A stretch of DNA of 63,250 bases, filler included, from Choristocarpus tenellus KU-1152 (GCA_964200185.2; 11 parts of 11 records of this genome joined end to end with filler, not necessarily neighbours in it), one strand, 5' to 3'. Shown: positions 28,790 through 41,412, counted from the whole stretch's first letter. Notes: generated from the letters alone by a model not told the origin. Numbers and translations: made by a program.

Positions 28790-30600
28790 CTTTTCTTTAT
28801 AATTTATATCTGGGCTGATGACCCATTCATCACACTCATTCCTTAGGCGAGCATCCAGTAGGGCACTCTCAACCCCATTCCTCTGAATTTTTCCTCCAGG
28901 TTGGGGTACCCGTCTGCTCAGAAGACTGAAGCACACGCCCTTATAAAGAAAGAGCCACATGGGACTGGGCGGCACTTCTCCCCAATCGCAGACAGTCTGG
29001 AAGCAGCCTGGAGCTTGAGCAAAACTCAGGAGGTAAAGAGTCCGGGGGAGGTCTTGTATTCAAGCTCCCAAAGCTTAGCAAACACCTCCACCACTTCTTC
29101 ATGTTCAACATCTGTTGTGATAATTGATCGAATGTGGTTGGGGCATATCCCATCGGGGCCTGGTGCGGAGTTGCTGTTTGCCCTCATGAAGGCCATCCAA
29201 AGGGAGGTGGGGTTGCGCTCCCTCTCAGGGGGGCAATATTGTTGTGCCCCAGACCCTATATCCCTTTCTGCCCTCTTTGCTTCCATTATCTCTTGCCTAA
29301 GCTCATATGGATTCTCATTCGGGTGCTTAGGAACCACCACCACCCTAAAAGTCTCTTCTGTGCACGGATCTCTGGGCTGTAATAGGAGAACACTCTCCCC
29401 GTTGGAGATACCTGCATGGTGGTGACCAAGTACTGCAACCAGTTCCTGGCGGGATTTAGGGTCATCTCTAGGTGGTTCCTGATATCTGCTAGTCCTCTAG
29501 GACCATTGCAATAGCCATGCTACCAACTCCTGGATGTACCCTGACGCTAAATGGGTGAACTGTTCCTCCCTCGAGAACTTTCCATCACTGGCCAGTTAAA
29601 AGGTCAGAGACCAGGTGGAGGAGATTAGACGCTCTGACAGCCCCTACTGTCGGGGTCTACCCTTGGGCCGGTCACTTCATGCATCAGGAGATCTACTGTA
29701 TGCATGAGAGTGATCGCATGGATGGTGCAAAGCCTGCAAGGGACCTTCTTAATGGTGATATTTATTTACTGCGGGATCTCTATCTGGACTAGGTAAAGGG
29801 CAGAAGCAACGTTTGGGGTATGAACACCCTATGGCAGGCATGAATGTGGGGGTGGATGGCCCAGATTTTCTGGTGGGGGCGGGTAGAGATGAGGGAGTGG
29901 GGAATAGGACGGGAAGCAGTGATCCCCCTGTTAAGGGTAGGGTGGGAGGAGATGGGATGGGGAAAGGAAGAAAGGGGGGAGAGAGTTTCAAGTAACATAG
30001 GTGTTACGACTATGGACTGCCCTCTCACCAATTTCAGCAACTCCAAGCTAGTATGTGTCCAGGAGATAGTCTCGATTGTGGCGGGGTATCTATTCCTGCC
30101 CTTCAGGGGTGAACCCCCAGCAAGAGTGAACTTGGTCAAACCCAACATCATTCCCCACACCCCTGAGAGAGCTTGGCGGAGCGCAAACACACAATCTCCT
30201 TATCCTCTTGGGAGTGGGAAAGAAAGGAGGGCATTGGGTGGAAACCCAACGGCATCTAAGAGAAGGGGGACATAGAGCCAGGATGCTGTGGGGACCACGC
30301 CATTCTCTGTGATCCAGGTGGATGTGTCGTATGTGGCATGGGGGGTGGGGGTGGCAGGGTTCGAGGATTGTGGGTCAGACAATAGCCCCAGGTCTAGGTC
30401 CGAACCTGAGTAAGTGACACTGAGGATGGGTTGGTGTGCGGGGGGAAGGGTTGCCCTGGGCTGTGGGGTGAGGTGGGTGGAGTGTAAGTTCTGGCCTGGG
30501 AAGTTGTGTAGTGAGAAAAGGTGGAATTGGGCTGCGGTGGCAGTACTTAAACGGGCTATAAGCGTTACAGGTGATACGTGTTGATGGTGGTTTCTAAACG
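28790..30600 (-). mobile_element. Degenerate non-LTR retrotransposon, CRE/R2-like RT N-terminal region
   Basis: NSNSAPGPDGICPNHIRS and RLSAIGEKCRPV (RT domains 0-2); upstream Pro-rich degenerate ORF; in-frame stops. Confidence 0.7.
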
Positions 30601-32273
30601 CCATTATGACCTTGAAGTCCTAGATTTTATATTTTTGTACTTCTTGACTATTTTTTATTTATTTAGTCATTATCATACCCCCAGGTGGTACATTGTTGCC
30701 AGTTCCTTTTTGTAAGATGATAATTGACGCTTATGAAGAGAATAATCGAAGTGAGAGATCCAGCATACTTGACGACTTGTGCATCAGGAGTCCGGTATGT
30801 GCATCAGCACCATCTATAGGCTTGTGGACTGGAGCTAAACATCCTGTTGAGGTAAGCTTTGGAGCGTGCTGTAACATAGCATAAAAAGGGGCTGGGGGGT
30901 GAGGGCGTGGGATGGAGAGTAGGCCAAAAAGTGGGATGCAAGAAGAACAGAGGATGATTGTGTGCGGATAGAATCGGGGACGACCTCAGTTCCCACACTC
31001 ATCTCCATGGCAGTGTAATAGTACCGTCCCATATCATACAGTGAGAACTCGAGGAACACGGTCAGTAAATCCAAGAGAAACAGTACCGTATGTCCATAAA
31101 CGGACTTGATGTACAAACACCGTACTGCACTGTTCAAATCTGTTGTGATTCACATCTATAATGTAAACTGCTACTCTTGAGTAGTTAGCATTGTGATACC
31201 TTTTCAACCATAGGACTGGGATCCCTCAGGCTAATGTACTGCTAATACTAACATCAATAACAACACTACTCTTCCACCATCTAGAGATTGGACATCCATG
31301 TGACATCACAGGGTAACAATTCACAAAATATTCATACATACATTGTGATGTAATCACGATTCAGTTGGGGATATCAGATTTCCTCAAACTAGACATGTTC
31401 AACATGAACCTACTATGGAGGATATCTTTGTTCTCTAGAGTTTAAGCTGTGCTCAAGAGTATATCAACAGAGGTTCACCACCATCCCACATTTAGACAAT
31501 CAAGCCCAGAGCTCTCCAACTTTGAGTCATGCAATATCATGTAGTTTGAACAATATTTCTTAATTACTCAAAATATTTAAACTAGTATCAACAATGATAT
31601 GCAAGATCAGTATCAGAGATATTTCTTTATTGTTTGTGTGTGTGCACTAGAAATATCCTACAAAATGTACACAACTCATTCTTTTACATATGTTGACCTC
31701 AACAATTAACAAAGTACAACAGTCTCATATAGTTCTTTTCCTGAACTGTATTGCGCGCTTGGGCAGACGACTTCAGTGCTTGGTTGATATGTTTACACCT
31801 CCTCTTGGTGGGTTTTAGTAAACGACCAAGTCAGGAGGAAATATAATCCAAAGCAGAAAACAAAAGACACAACAATGTTATTCGTCAACAAGACAAGCGC
31901 CAAGGATAACACCCATGTCATTTCGTGCCTACCTAGATACACCCTCTACAAAATAAAAAATATTTACATTTTCCTGCAGACCGACTTTCCCAAATTGGGA
32001 GCTCCAGGGTCATGCACCAAATACATGCCTTGCCAACTTGGCTTGCCAGCACTATCAGTTCTAACTACACCAACAGATTATTTTTAATTAAACACTATTC
32101 ACAATATTCTCATACTTCAAGGCACAGGTAAAAACATCAGCCAGACAATAAAAATAAAACGCGTTGATCGTAAGAAAATAAAGAACACCACAAAATTCAA
32201 AAGGAGGGTCAGGCGCAGGCAAAAAAACATATCACAAACTGCCTCTTGATACATTGCACCACGTTTGGATAAC

Positions 32274-32355
32274 GAGTCAAAATATCTTAGAGGGTAGGGG
32301 CCGCGTCCATTCGGGGGTCGAAATCCAATGTTGCGATTTCCATGTAATTTTATCC
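32274..32355. mobile_element. MITE family 1 left end at contig end
   Basis: GAGTCAAAATATCTTAGAGGGTAGGGCCGCGTCCATT. Confidence 0.85.
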
Positions 32356-32455
32356 NNNNNNNNNNNNNNNNNNNNNNNNNNNNNNNNNNNNNNNNNNNNT
32401 TAATTAATTAANNNNNNNNNNNNNNNNNNNNNNNNNNNNNNNNNNNNNNNNNNNN

Positions 32456-32591
32456 GTCAATTTTTTCATGTCGCGATTTTTGGGTGATTTGGTTGTAGAA
32501 GTTGGATGGATACTGTAAATGCACTTTTCCTTATTTTCGTCCAAATGGACACCCTGGTGTAGAACACCCCCCCTCCCAGATATTTTGGGTC
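32456..32591. mobile_element. MITE family 2 right part at contig start
   Basis: CCAAATGGACACCCTGG...CCCAGATATTTTGGGTC. Confidence 0.85.
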
Positions 32592-32600
32592 TTGCACTGT

Positions 32601-33097
32601 GAGCCAAGGTAATTGAAGGTACCCAGGGTTGTTGCTTTTGAAGGATGCTGATAAATGCGCAAGAGTCGACTTATTGTACAAAGGTGTAAAGGGACTTTTC
32701 TTAATTCTGATAAAGATCTGCAAAACTACAGAGAAATCAATGCTCTCAAGTGAATCTGCGCACGTCATCTAGTGCTGCAGTATCTTAAAGGGGCAGGGGG
32801 GTAGCCCAGGTTGTCCATGCGGGCTTGATGGGGAGATGTAAGATACCCCAGTTTGATGCCTGTATTGCAGGTGACTTTCCCATTTGGTTCAGGCAGGGGG
32901 ATGAAGGAAATTGCCCTTGCATCAGACACGTTCACTCAGAAAATATGAAAATCACTACAGACTCACAACGGTCCCTAATGGACACCTGACCCCCCTCCAG
33001 GATGACGATGGAAATAAGGATGAACCGAAAAGATAAAAAAAATGTCTCTTAAAATGCAAAAAGCCCAAAACCTAGGTACCTCTCGCTTACTTGACTC
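32601..33097. mobile_element. MITE family 3 with a nested family-2-like copy (~32775-33010)
   Basis: GAGCCAAGGTAATTGAAGGTACCCAGG ... CCTAGGTACCTCTCGCTTACTTGACTC; internal AGTATCTTAAAGGGGCAGGGGG...GGACACCTGACCCCCC. Confidence 0.6.
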
Positions 33098-33598
33098 GCC
33101 TGTTCACAGAAGAGAGCAATAGTCGAAGTAATAGGGTGCTTTCTGGCTACCCAATGATTCGAGTTGCTTTCAATACTGAACTATACCACTACGTGTCACT
33201 CCGGTGTGCCTGGGAGGGTGGAGAAATCTTCCAAAGGGCGTCATTTTGATTAGTACCATCGACTAAGAACAGAATATATACCCTGGTGCCCCTAGTGCTT
33301 CTATCTCCTGAACTAAGGCTCTACACTTTGGACTACACGTTTGACCTTTTCAAACTAGCTCCCAAATCCAGCAATCAAATGTTCACCTTTTACGGGTAGT
33401 CCATCCCATGATGTGGGGCTATTATTCTTTGCGTCCTCGCTAGTGCTTTGAAGGTACGACAACCTTGGGGGCACCTTTGAAACCCTTTGTGCTTCTTACA
33501 AGTTTTATGTCAATCGAGAGTTCTTTGAATTTCGATTCAGTGGAGAAAATGTAGACCTAATGTCTTGCCCTCATTACATCCCTCTAATCCTGTGCCAG

Positions 33599-33992
33599 AT
33601 CTCGGACTTTGTACAACACGAAGTCTCGATGAGTTAACAACACTTGCCACCACTCAGGGTGAGCTGTTGCCATGGCCCTCAAGTGGTCGGCCCCAGAGGT
33701 TATGTCTGGAGAGGCCATGTCTCTGGAGAGTGACGTACATAGTTTCAGCATCGTCGATTGGGAGATTGTGTCTAGGCAGTTGCCTTGGCCTCAACTAGAA
33801 AATCCCAGGGACATCTACATAGCTGTTCTGTGCAATGAGTATCGCCCTGAAATTCCAAATGGAACTCCAGGTGTTCTTGCTCAACTGATGGAGATGTGCT
33901 GGGGGCACCTCGCAAAATTTATAGGCCCACCATCACAATGGTGTTCTCTCTGCTTCGTGAAGCCCGGTTCTAGAAGCAGGATGCTGAATTGA
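33599..33992 (+). pseudogene. Tyrosine-kinase-like (TKL) protein kinase, subdomains VII-XI, frameshifted
   Basis: After a CAG acceptor: ISDF(G, 1-nt loss)TTRS...; second shift; LKWSAPEV...SDVHSFSIVDWEIVSRQLPW...RPEIP...LMEMCW. Confidence 0.85.
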
Positions 33993-35017
33993 CACAACTT
34001 CCCACTCCCTCTTCCCTAGGGTTGGAAGTCGTCTGAACATTCTCTTCAATTTTTCTAGAGGCTTCTTCCCACAAGCTTGATATATTGCAGCCAAGAATTC
34101 CAGAAAGTCTTGTGATACGATTGTTGGGTAAGGATTTTGACTTGACCGTACCCACCCTATATGCCCTTTTCCCTCGTTGTGAGAGACTGACTGCAAAGCA
34201 TAGCGACGCCTGTAGTGGCCAGGAATCAGCAGTATGTATGCATTACGTATTGTATGGCATTTATATATATGGGCTACTGGGTGTATATTTCTGAGCTGAG
34301 GAACAGTTGACTGGGAGATGCAGGTTATTGTACGAAGTGGATTATCTTGGTGAGGGTGAAGGAAGCAGGCGTTGGGTAACAGGAAACAGGACACAGTACT
34401 TTCCTGCGTGCAGATCTGAAAGGACAAACCCTCCCCAGCAACAAGCTCAAACACAGGCAGTTCCCGCAAATACATTTCTTGCAGTTGTGAACAGTTTGTG
34501 AGAATGAATCCGTGTACATAGTGTTTATATGAAACATATATATACCCAAATATTCCAGAAGTGGTTTCAAATCCCACAGGTTACTAATCCCTGATCGTGC
34601 CATGATGTTGTGAGGATATCCCCTATGTTTAAGCACAAATCAGTCGTCATTCCAGAGTACTTCACAGTATATGAGCACAAATGTTGACTGCTTACAACTG
34701 AAATTGGCTGATTTCACGAAAATGAGTCCCTCGAATTCTGAGAGGGAAAACTGGCCTTTAGAATTTTGGGGAGTAAAAATAAAAGGTGACTCTTCCCCGT
34801 GAAGTATGAGCCAAACCATTTGAGAGGTAGGCAGGTTTGGAACCTTTTGCATCCTAAGCCAATTTTCTTACCCTGTGCGATATAATATATTTCATCATTG
34901 CTTACTGTGCATGACAGTGCACGCAACATTATTGTTCCCTCTTTCCAGACACAAAATGAAAACATTGAAGCAAAGGCTCTTCCTGCTATTGTGCAAAATG
35001 GCGTCTTTTCGCCCTCT

Positions 35018-35242
35018 GAGTGAAAGTATCTGAGAGGGTACGAATTTTACCCTGTTTGTCTTTTTGGGGCTTGGCGTCCCACATTCTTTCTTGACATTTT
35101 ACCTACTCCGAAATTTTGGAGTAGGTAAAATGTATACCTTATGAAATGGTGTGTCCAGAACAGGGATACTGACATTTTCTAACAAACATGATAGCCAAAA
35201 TTTAATCAAAATCGCAAGATTGGATTTTGGATACTTTCACTC
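35018..35242. mobile_element. MITE family 1, internally deleted, TSD TCT
   Basis: GAGTGAAAGTATCTGAGAGGGTACG ... GATACTTTCACTC flanked by TCT/TCT. Confidence 0.85.
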
Positions 35243-35759
35243 TCTTATAGTCCATAAGATGCAACCCTGCCGACCTCTCAATTGATGTAGAGCTCTATGA
35301 TTTGTAACGTTGTAGACAAGAATCAAAATTGTTTGTTCAAGGTCATCGTGTAAATGATGCTTCGAAGTAGTAGGCATAGAACAACAATGAATAACAAAAA
35401 ACACATCAGTTCGTTGTTGCCTGTGTAATGTTCTGAACCATTTTCCCTGATGTTTTTAATACTAATTCAATTTTAATGTTACTTTGTTATGGTCCTACCT
35501 TGGGGCTATTCTCCACTACTACTCATAAACTTAACACCCACCACCATTGGACCTAACCCTAGACCATAACCTTCATTATTGATATTTTCATCATCACCGT
35601 TATCAGACTATGGATAGAATCCAAGAAGTACGAGGTACAGCAACGTCTTTCTACAATAATAACAAGAAAAGTTATCAATAATATTGGATCTACTATATGT
35701 GACTACTTGATACTGCTGTTGCTTCTGCTTATACTACTCCTACTATTTACCACCAATTG

Positions 35760-36967
35760 CTTCCTCCGTTCGGAATTAAATGTAGTATCACTTTTGCAAC
35801 CCTGACGAAGAAGCAAGTTTTTTTTTTTTACGTGTTCGTATCGTATGGATGTATTGTGCAAGCACTAACATGTTGCCCAACATCTCAAGCAAAATGGGGT
35901 AGCCTACACCTATCTATCATTCCACCCCCAGAGCGCTCCAATACTCGATTCCAGCATGGTATTTTGCCGCATCCCACTGGGTCATTTCGGGGGGAGCTTA
36001 CCCTCCTTCTGAGCCTCTTCCTTGCTAAGATGGGGAATTTTATAGATGTTGTCAGCCTTGGACCCCAGCACTTCACCGTAGACTGCGAAGAGGATCTGCC
36101 AGACGCGCCCTAGTGTGAGTCAAAGTATCTTAGAGGGTAGAGCCGCGTCAAGTTTGGGACCAGAATCAAATGTTGCGACTTTGACGTAATTTTGCTCATC
36201 ATGCTTGTTACGAGTGTCAATACCCTTGTTCCAGATACACCTTTTCATAACGTATACATTTTACCTACTCCGAAATATTTAGGAGTAGGTACATTGTCAT
36301 AAGAAAAAACCCGTGGGAAGCCATGCCCCAATGGACAAAGAGGGAAAAACTCGTACCCTCTAAGATACTTTCACTCTGTCTCCCAGGGGCATACATCGAA
36401 CACCTCCATTGTGGCCTCCACCAGCTCCTCTGTGTTGGTCACCCCCACGTCTTCCTTCAGTTGCTGGATAGAATGAAAGAATCCCAGGATGTTGATGTTG
36501 AGGTTAGGCGAGTTGGCTGGTTGGGTCTCTATGACAATATCGTCCCCCGCCGCCTCCTCAATTGCCTCCATCATCCCACCCTTGGTATGTGTGTTTGCCC
36601 CATCCTACTGCACGAAGACGGTGTGTCCTTCCGGTCTAGGCATTCGGGTCTTGATTGTCGGGATGGCATCATCGATCATGAGCTTCTTTTTCCTCTCCCC
36701 GTCGACTGTGGCTAGCTAGTACAAGCACCTTGGTGCTGTTGGGAGGAGTGTTTGCTGGAGTGCCGAGTGACCTTAATGTCCACGATTGGTCAGATCCCGA
36801 TTTTCCCATCGAACCACACCCCATTGGAGAGCTTCCTAGGATGGGGCACAGCTGCAAGGAACATCACCTTCGTAATATAACGCTTATTCTGTGGCCGTGG
36901 GGGCTTGGGGGGGTCCTCAGTGGGGTGCAGGTACACACCTTGCCCACCTTTGATAATATAAAACCAC
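35760..36967 (-). mobile_element. Plant-type (DD39D-related) Tc1/mariner transposon relic: transposase catalytic and C-terminal part plus 3' TIR
   Basis: WFYI...KRYITKVMFLAAV...FDGKIGI*P...FVQ*DGA...QPANSPNLNINILGFFHSIQ...YKIPHL; Stowaway-like TIR CTTCCTCCGTTCGGAATT at 35760; stops, a frameshift and loss of the third catalytic Asp. Confidence 0.92.
36117..36376. mobile_element. MITE family 1 inserted in the mariner transposase, TSD TGT
   Basis: GAGTCAAAGTATCTTAGAGGGTA ... TACCCTCTAAGATACTTTCACTC; removing it plus one TGT restores W-E-T-L-G-R in frame. Confidence 0.93.
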
Positions 36968-38222
36968 NNNNNNNNNNNNNNNNNNNNNNNNNNNNNNNNN
37001 NNNNNNNNNNNTTAATTAATTAANNNNNNNNNNNNNNNNNNNNNNNNNNNNNNNNNNNNNNNNNNNNGGGCAAGGGATATCTGGTACTCAGACTACACTC
37101 TCAGGGGAGGCCCCCATAGGATGGAATGAGTAGATTTGGTGAGGTGTAGAAATGGCTCTCTGTTGAGAGCCGACAGGAGGTTGTATGTCAGGTTATGCTG
37201 GGACCTGATGACCATGATACCGGTTTTGTGTTTGTTCTGGTTTGTGATTATTTATTATGAGGTTGCATTTTTTAGTGTATTGTTGATTGATCTGCTACTC
37301 TACTACTGTACTGTTGGTTTGCATGGATTTCTTGTTTGTCATGCATGTGTGTGTGTGTGTGTATGCCCCTCCCTCCACATTGAACTTTCTCGCTGATGTA
37401 GGGCAAGAGTCTAGATTAGAAAGAGTAAAAAAAATGTCTGTTTTGCTGTTACTAACCATGTCATAGTGTGTGCGGGTGAAACATGATTGGTTGGAAGGAT
37501 ATTGTGCGTAGGAGATTTTTGGTGTCTACACGATACTACATGGTGACTCCCACCAGATGATGGTGTACAACTAACTAATGGTGTACTTCCAGGAGTGGCT
37601 TGATCTGTCATACCCGAATCGCTTGTAATAAGCCGCTGGCTTATTTATGTATCTACTTGGGATTATTATTTGTCTATTTGTTATATTTATTTCAAAATAA
37701 AACAAGAGTCCTATCTGGCAAGGAGCTTTTCCGCCCAAATTTTTTTTTCCTCGGCTCTATGGTGTCGTACAATCATTCCGACATTCTATGTGTGTAGCAT
37801 TTCCCCTGGTCAACACCAGTTCGAGAAATTTGCATGGATGGGGAGAGAAACTGCAAGTGATACGTTTTTTGCTCCTGGTTGTGTTTTGTAGTGATAGATT
37901 GGTAGAGAGAGTACTTCCTTGGCTAACATACTATAGAATAACTTCGCATGCGCATTTTTTGTTATTGACCCATTACTTTACATTGAACAGGAAACCTACC
38001 GAAATCATGCTGTGAAATATTGTTATTAATATTTATCTTGCTCTTGACGTTTATTTGAATGAGGAGTCCCCCAGACCTGTGGTCAAAAGTCAGTCAGTCA
38101 GTCGGAAGGCAATACATACACACTGCTTGATGGGGAGAAGAAAAAAGAAACTAGTACGATAAAAGAAACAAAAGGAGAGGAGAAAGAGCCCAGGGTACCT
38201 ACAAGGACATCCAAGGGGAACC

Positions 38223-38482
38223 GGGCTTACTCCGCTAACAATATTTGATGTCGCAAATGGCTGTGGGTATTTGCCGGAACAAAATTATAATAAGTCAAAT
38301 GTGCACTAACGTTTTTAGGACCACGGATACTATTGTTCATATCAGAGCAACTGGTGCCAAGTGTTTTCCTGAGATTGGATGTTGGGCACAAACCTAGCGA
38401 TTATGCAAAGAGAGCTATTCAAATAGATTAGAGTCTTAGATTTATTATGTGGTATGGATGTTTTTATTAGCGGAGTGAGCAC
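38223..38482. mobile_element. Putative fourth MITE
   Basis: GGGCTTACTCCGCTAACAA ... TTATTAGCGGAGTGAGCAC imperfect inverted repeat; flanks AACC/ATCC; single copy here. Confidence 0.45.
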
Positions 38483-40385
38483 ATCCCTCGAGGTGGGGGG
38501 GTGTTCTGCCTCGTTATCTATTTTATCTATTGCCCTCGGTGCTTCCTCTTATCCATTGCGCACGTCAGAATGTGTCTGAGTCAACCGCACTACGTCAGCC
38601 GCTTACATTAAATAGAAGTAAGAAATCAATCCATCGAGACTCGAACCTGTTACTCTAAGCACACGGAAACAATTGTTGATACTTACTCCACTCAGTCAAC
38701 ACTTGTGTTGTGTAGTACTGGTCACTAAACACGTAAGACCCTATAGAACACCTAGCCTGTATTGCACAGTGATAGGCAAGGGGTGTTGCAGAGGAAATGG
38801 AGAGTTTTTTGTTACAGTCACAGCTGGTGTTATAGAGCAACTGGTTCCGAAATGTTGTTTTGGCGATAGAAATTGCAAAGCAAAATGACTAAAACGTGTT
38901 CTGGACAACTGATGTTGCCGGTCAAATATGGTCGAACTTCTAGGGGCGACACTAACATTCAGAGCTATGTTGTTCTGAGTGTGAAGTGAAGGGTTCAACG
39001 TGTACCACAGACTGTGGCTGAGAAGTCCAGAAAAGGAGAGGTACCAAACAGTATTTTGCAATGAGAAAATCCCCACCCTGAAATTCCACATAAGGGGTGC
39101 ATGTGTGTGTGTGATTCACTCGATAATCCCACTTCCCACAGCTCCTCCATGACTACTGAGGAATACCGTAGTGGTATTCCCACCTAGGGGATTGTTGAAG
39201 AGAAAATAGAGTACTTTAAAGTAAACACTAAATGTGGCAAATACGGTACTACCAGAACTGAACTTTGATGCCACTATGCACACGGAGTACACTATCCCAT
39301 GAGTAGATCCCTACAATAATAAACCGGAGGACAAATTGCTCAAAACAATCATCCCCCCTCAGATCCTTCATGCAAACCAAATCATAGGTCAACACAAAAC
39401 ACCTTCCTCCATGGAGCAAGAAAGAACACAATTTCTCACTCTTCCAACCTCTGCATGCACACACATGCACACAGAAACAATTCCCCAACCCCAATACAGC
39501 AACTGTGCTATTGTCTGCAAATCTTGGATGTCCAATATTATAAACATCTTACCATTGTTTTGTTTTGGAAACATTCACACAACCGGGTTCATCTGTTGAA
39601 CTTCCACATATTATGTACTCTCCGTATCAGACTAGACTCACCTCCCTGCACCAAAGTCATCGCTCTCCTCTTGTACTGACTGTCAGTGTCGAACCATGTA
39701 GTACCTTAACAACATGGATTAAGAAAGGTGAGGCATCATGGCCCTGAATACAATGTGGTGTTGATGTTTGGTATAGATATTGGGTCATCTCAACCGCCAA
39801 AAGTCCTTTAAAAAACGTTGTAATCCCAATCATGTGTACAACATGCAAGCTTGCAGGAATACCCAACCGTGATCATGCCAGATAAGAGTGTGTGTTGCTT
39901 GCACATATTGACCACACATCCAACATTAATCCAAATTCAGGTCCAACACAGCATTGACCCCATTACATCAGAAGCAATATTGACAAAAACCAGCTGCAGT
40001 CACTAAGACCTTGGCATATAGTGTGCCAGAGACCAAGCACTATCCAGGGAATGAATCTAACACAAGGTGCACAGTACATTCAAGTCTTGTTACTTAGTAG
40101 AACGTGGTTTCCTGTATTACAGAGTCAGCCTAGACAGCTATGCCTCACAATTGTCATCGCCAAGGTGTGATCTCATGATGATTGTACGTGAAAACATCAG
40201 GAGCAACACTCTTTGTTTTTCATCTCGTTCAACAGGGACAAGGCAACATCCCACTGACCATATTGGCTTCATGCTATGATGCATGAGATGTATGTGATGG
40301 CATTGGGGACATTATCATTCGCTTCCATCTCCCACAAGGAAAGGGCATCTTCCCACTGTCTCACATTGCCCCATGCTGTAATGCA

Positions 40386-41309
40386 CTAGGTCTTCGTGAT
40401 GGCATTGGGAACAATATCACCAGCCTTCATCTCATCAAGCAGGGACACTGCAGCCTTGATATCATCAGGGCCAACACCATCAGCCTTCATCTTGTCCAGC
40501 AGAGACAGTGCGGCCTCCCACTGCCTCCTTTTGCCACATGCTATGATGCATGAGTTGTATGTGATGACATCGGGGGCAACACCATCAACCTTCATCTCAT
40601 CAAGTAAAGACAGTGCAGCCTCCCACTGCCCAGCTTTTCCACATGCTGTAATGCATGAGCTGTATGTGATGACATCGGGGGCAATACCATCAGCCTTCAT
40701 CTCATCCAGCAGAGACAGTGCGACCTCCCACTGCCTCACTTTGCCACATGCTGTGATGCATGAGTTGTATGTGATGATATCGGGGGCAACACCATCAGCC
40801 TTCATCTCATCCAGCAGAGACAGTGCGACCTCCCACTGCCTCCCTTTGCCACATGTTGTGATGCACAAGTTGTATGTGATAACATTGGGGATAACACCTT
40901 CAACCTTCATCTCATCAAGCAGAGATACTGCGGTCTTCCAATCCTCAGCTTCTCTGCATGCTGTGATGCATGAGTTGTATGTGATGACATCAGAGGCAAC
41001 ACCATTAGCCTTCATCTCATCAAGTAAAAACAGTGCTGCCTCCCGCTGCCCAGCTTTTCCATATGATGTAATGCATGAGTTATATGTGATGACATCAGGG
41101 ACAACACCATCAGCCTTCATCTCATCCAGCAGAGACAGTGCGGCCTCCCACTGCCTCCCTTTGCCACATGCTGTGATGCATGAGTTGTATGTGATGACAT
41201 CGGGGGAAACACCATCAGCCTTCATCTCATCCAGCAGAGACAGTGCGGCCTCCCACTGCCTCCCTTTGCCACATGCTGTGATGCATGAGTTGTATGTGAT
41301 GACATCGGG
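40386..41309 (-). CDS. Pentatricopeptide repeat (P-class PPR) protein, 5'-partial, with a degenerating 3' end
   Basis: Eight full 35-aa repeats VITYNSCITACGKxxQWEAALSLLDEMKADGVxPD, then a deleted repeat and a frameshift or stop. Decayed PPR units continue to ~40100 and beyond. Confidence 0.93.
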   Translation of the reverse strand, partial: PDVITYNSCITACGKGRQWEAALSLLDEMKADGVSPDVITYNSCITACGKGRQWEAALSLLDEMKADGVVPDVITYNSCITSYGKAGQREAALFLLDEMKANGVASDVITYNSCITACREAEDWKTAVSLLDEMKVEGVIPNVITYNLCITTCGKGRQWEVALSLLDEMKADGVAPDIITYNSCITACGKVRQWEVALSLLDEMKADGIAPDVITYSSCITACGKAGQWEAALSLLDEMKVDGVAPDVITYNSCIIACGKRRQWEAALSLLDKMKADGVGPDDIKAAVSLLDEMKAGDIVPNAITKT

Positions 41310-41412
41310 GGNNNNNNNNNNNNNNNNNNNNNNNNNNNNNNNNNNNNNNNNNNNNTTAATTAATTAANNNNNNNNNNNNNNNNNNNNNNNNNNNNNNNNN
41401 NNNNNNNNNNNG

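Noticed and set aside
38625-38660. tRNA or SINE from a minus-strand GGTTCGAGTC B-box-like motif
   Set aside because: No cloverleaf or A-box could be built.
40396-41367. 323-aa plus-strand ORF
   Set aside because: Antisense shadow of the PPR repeats.
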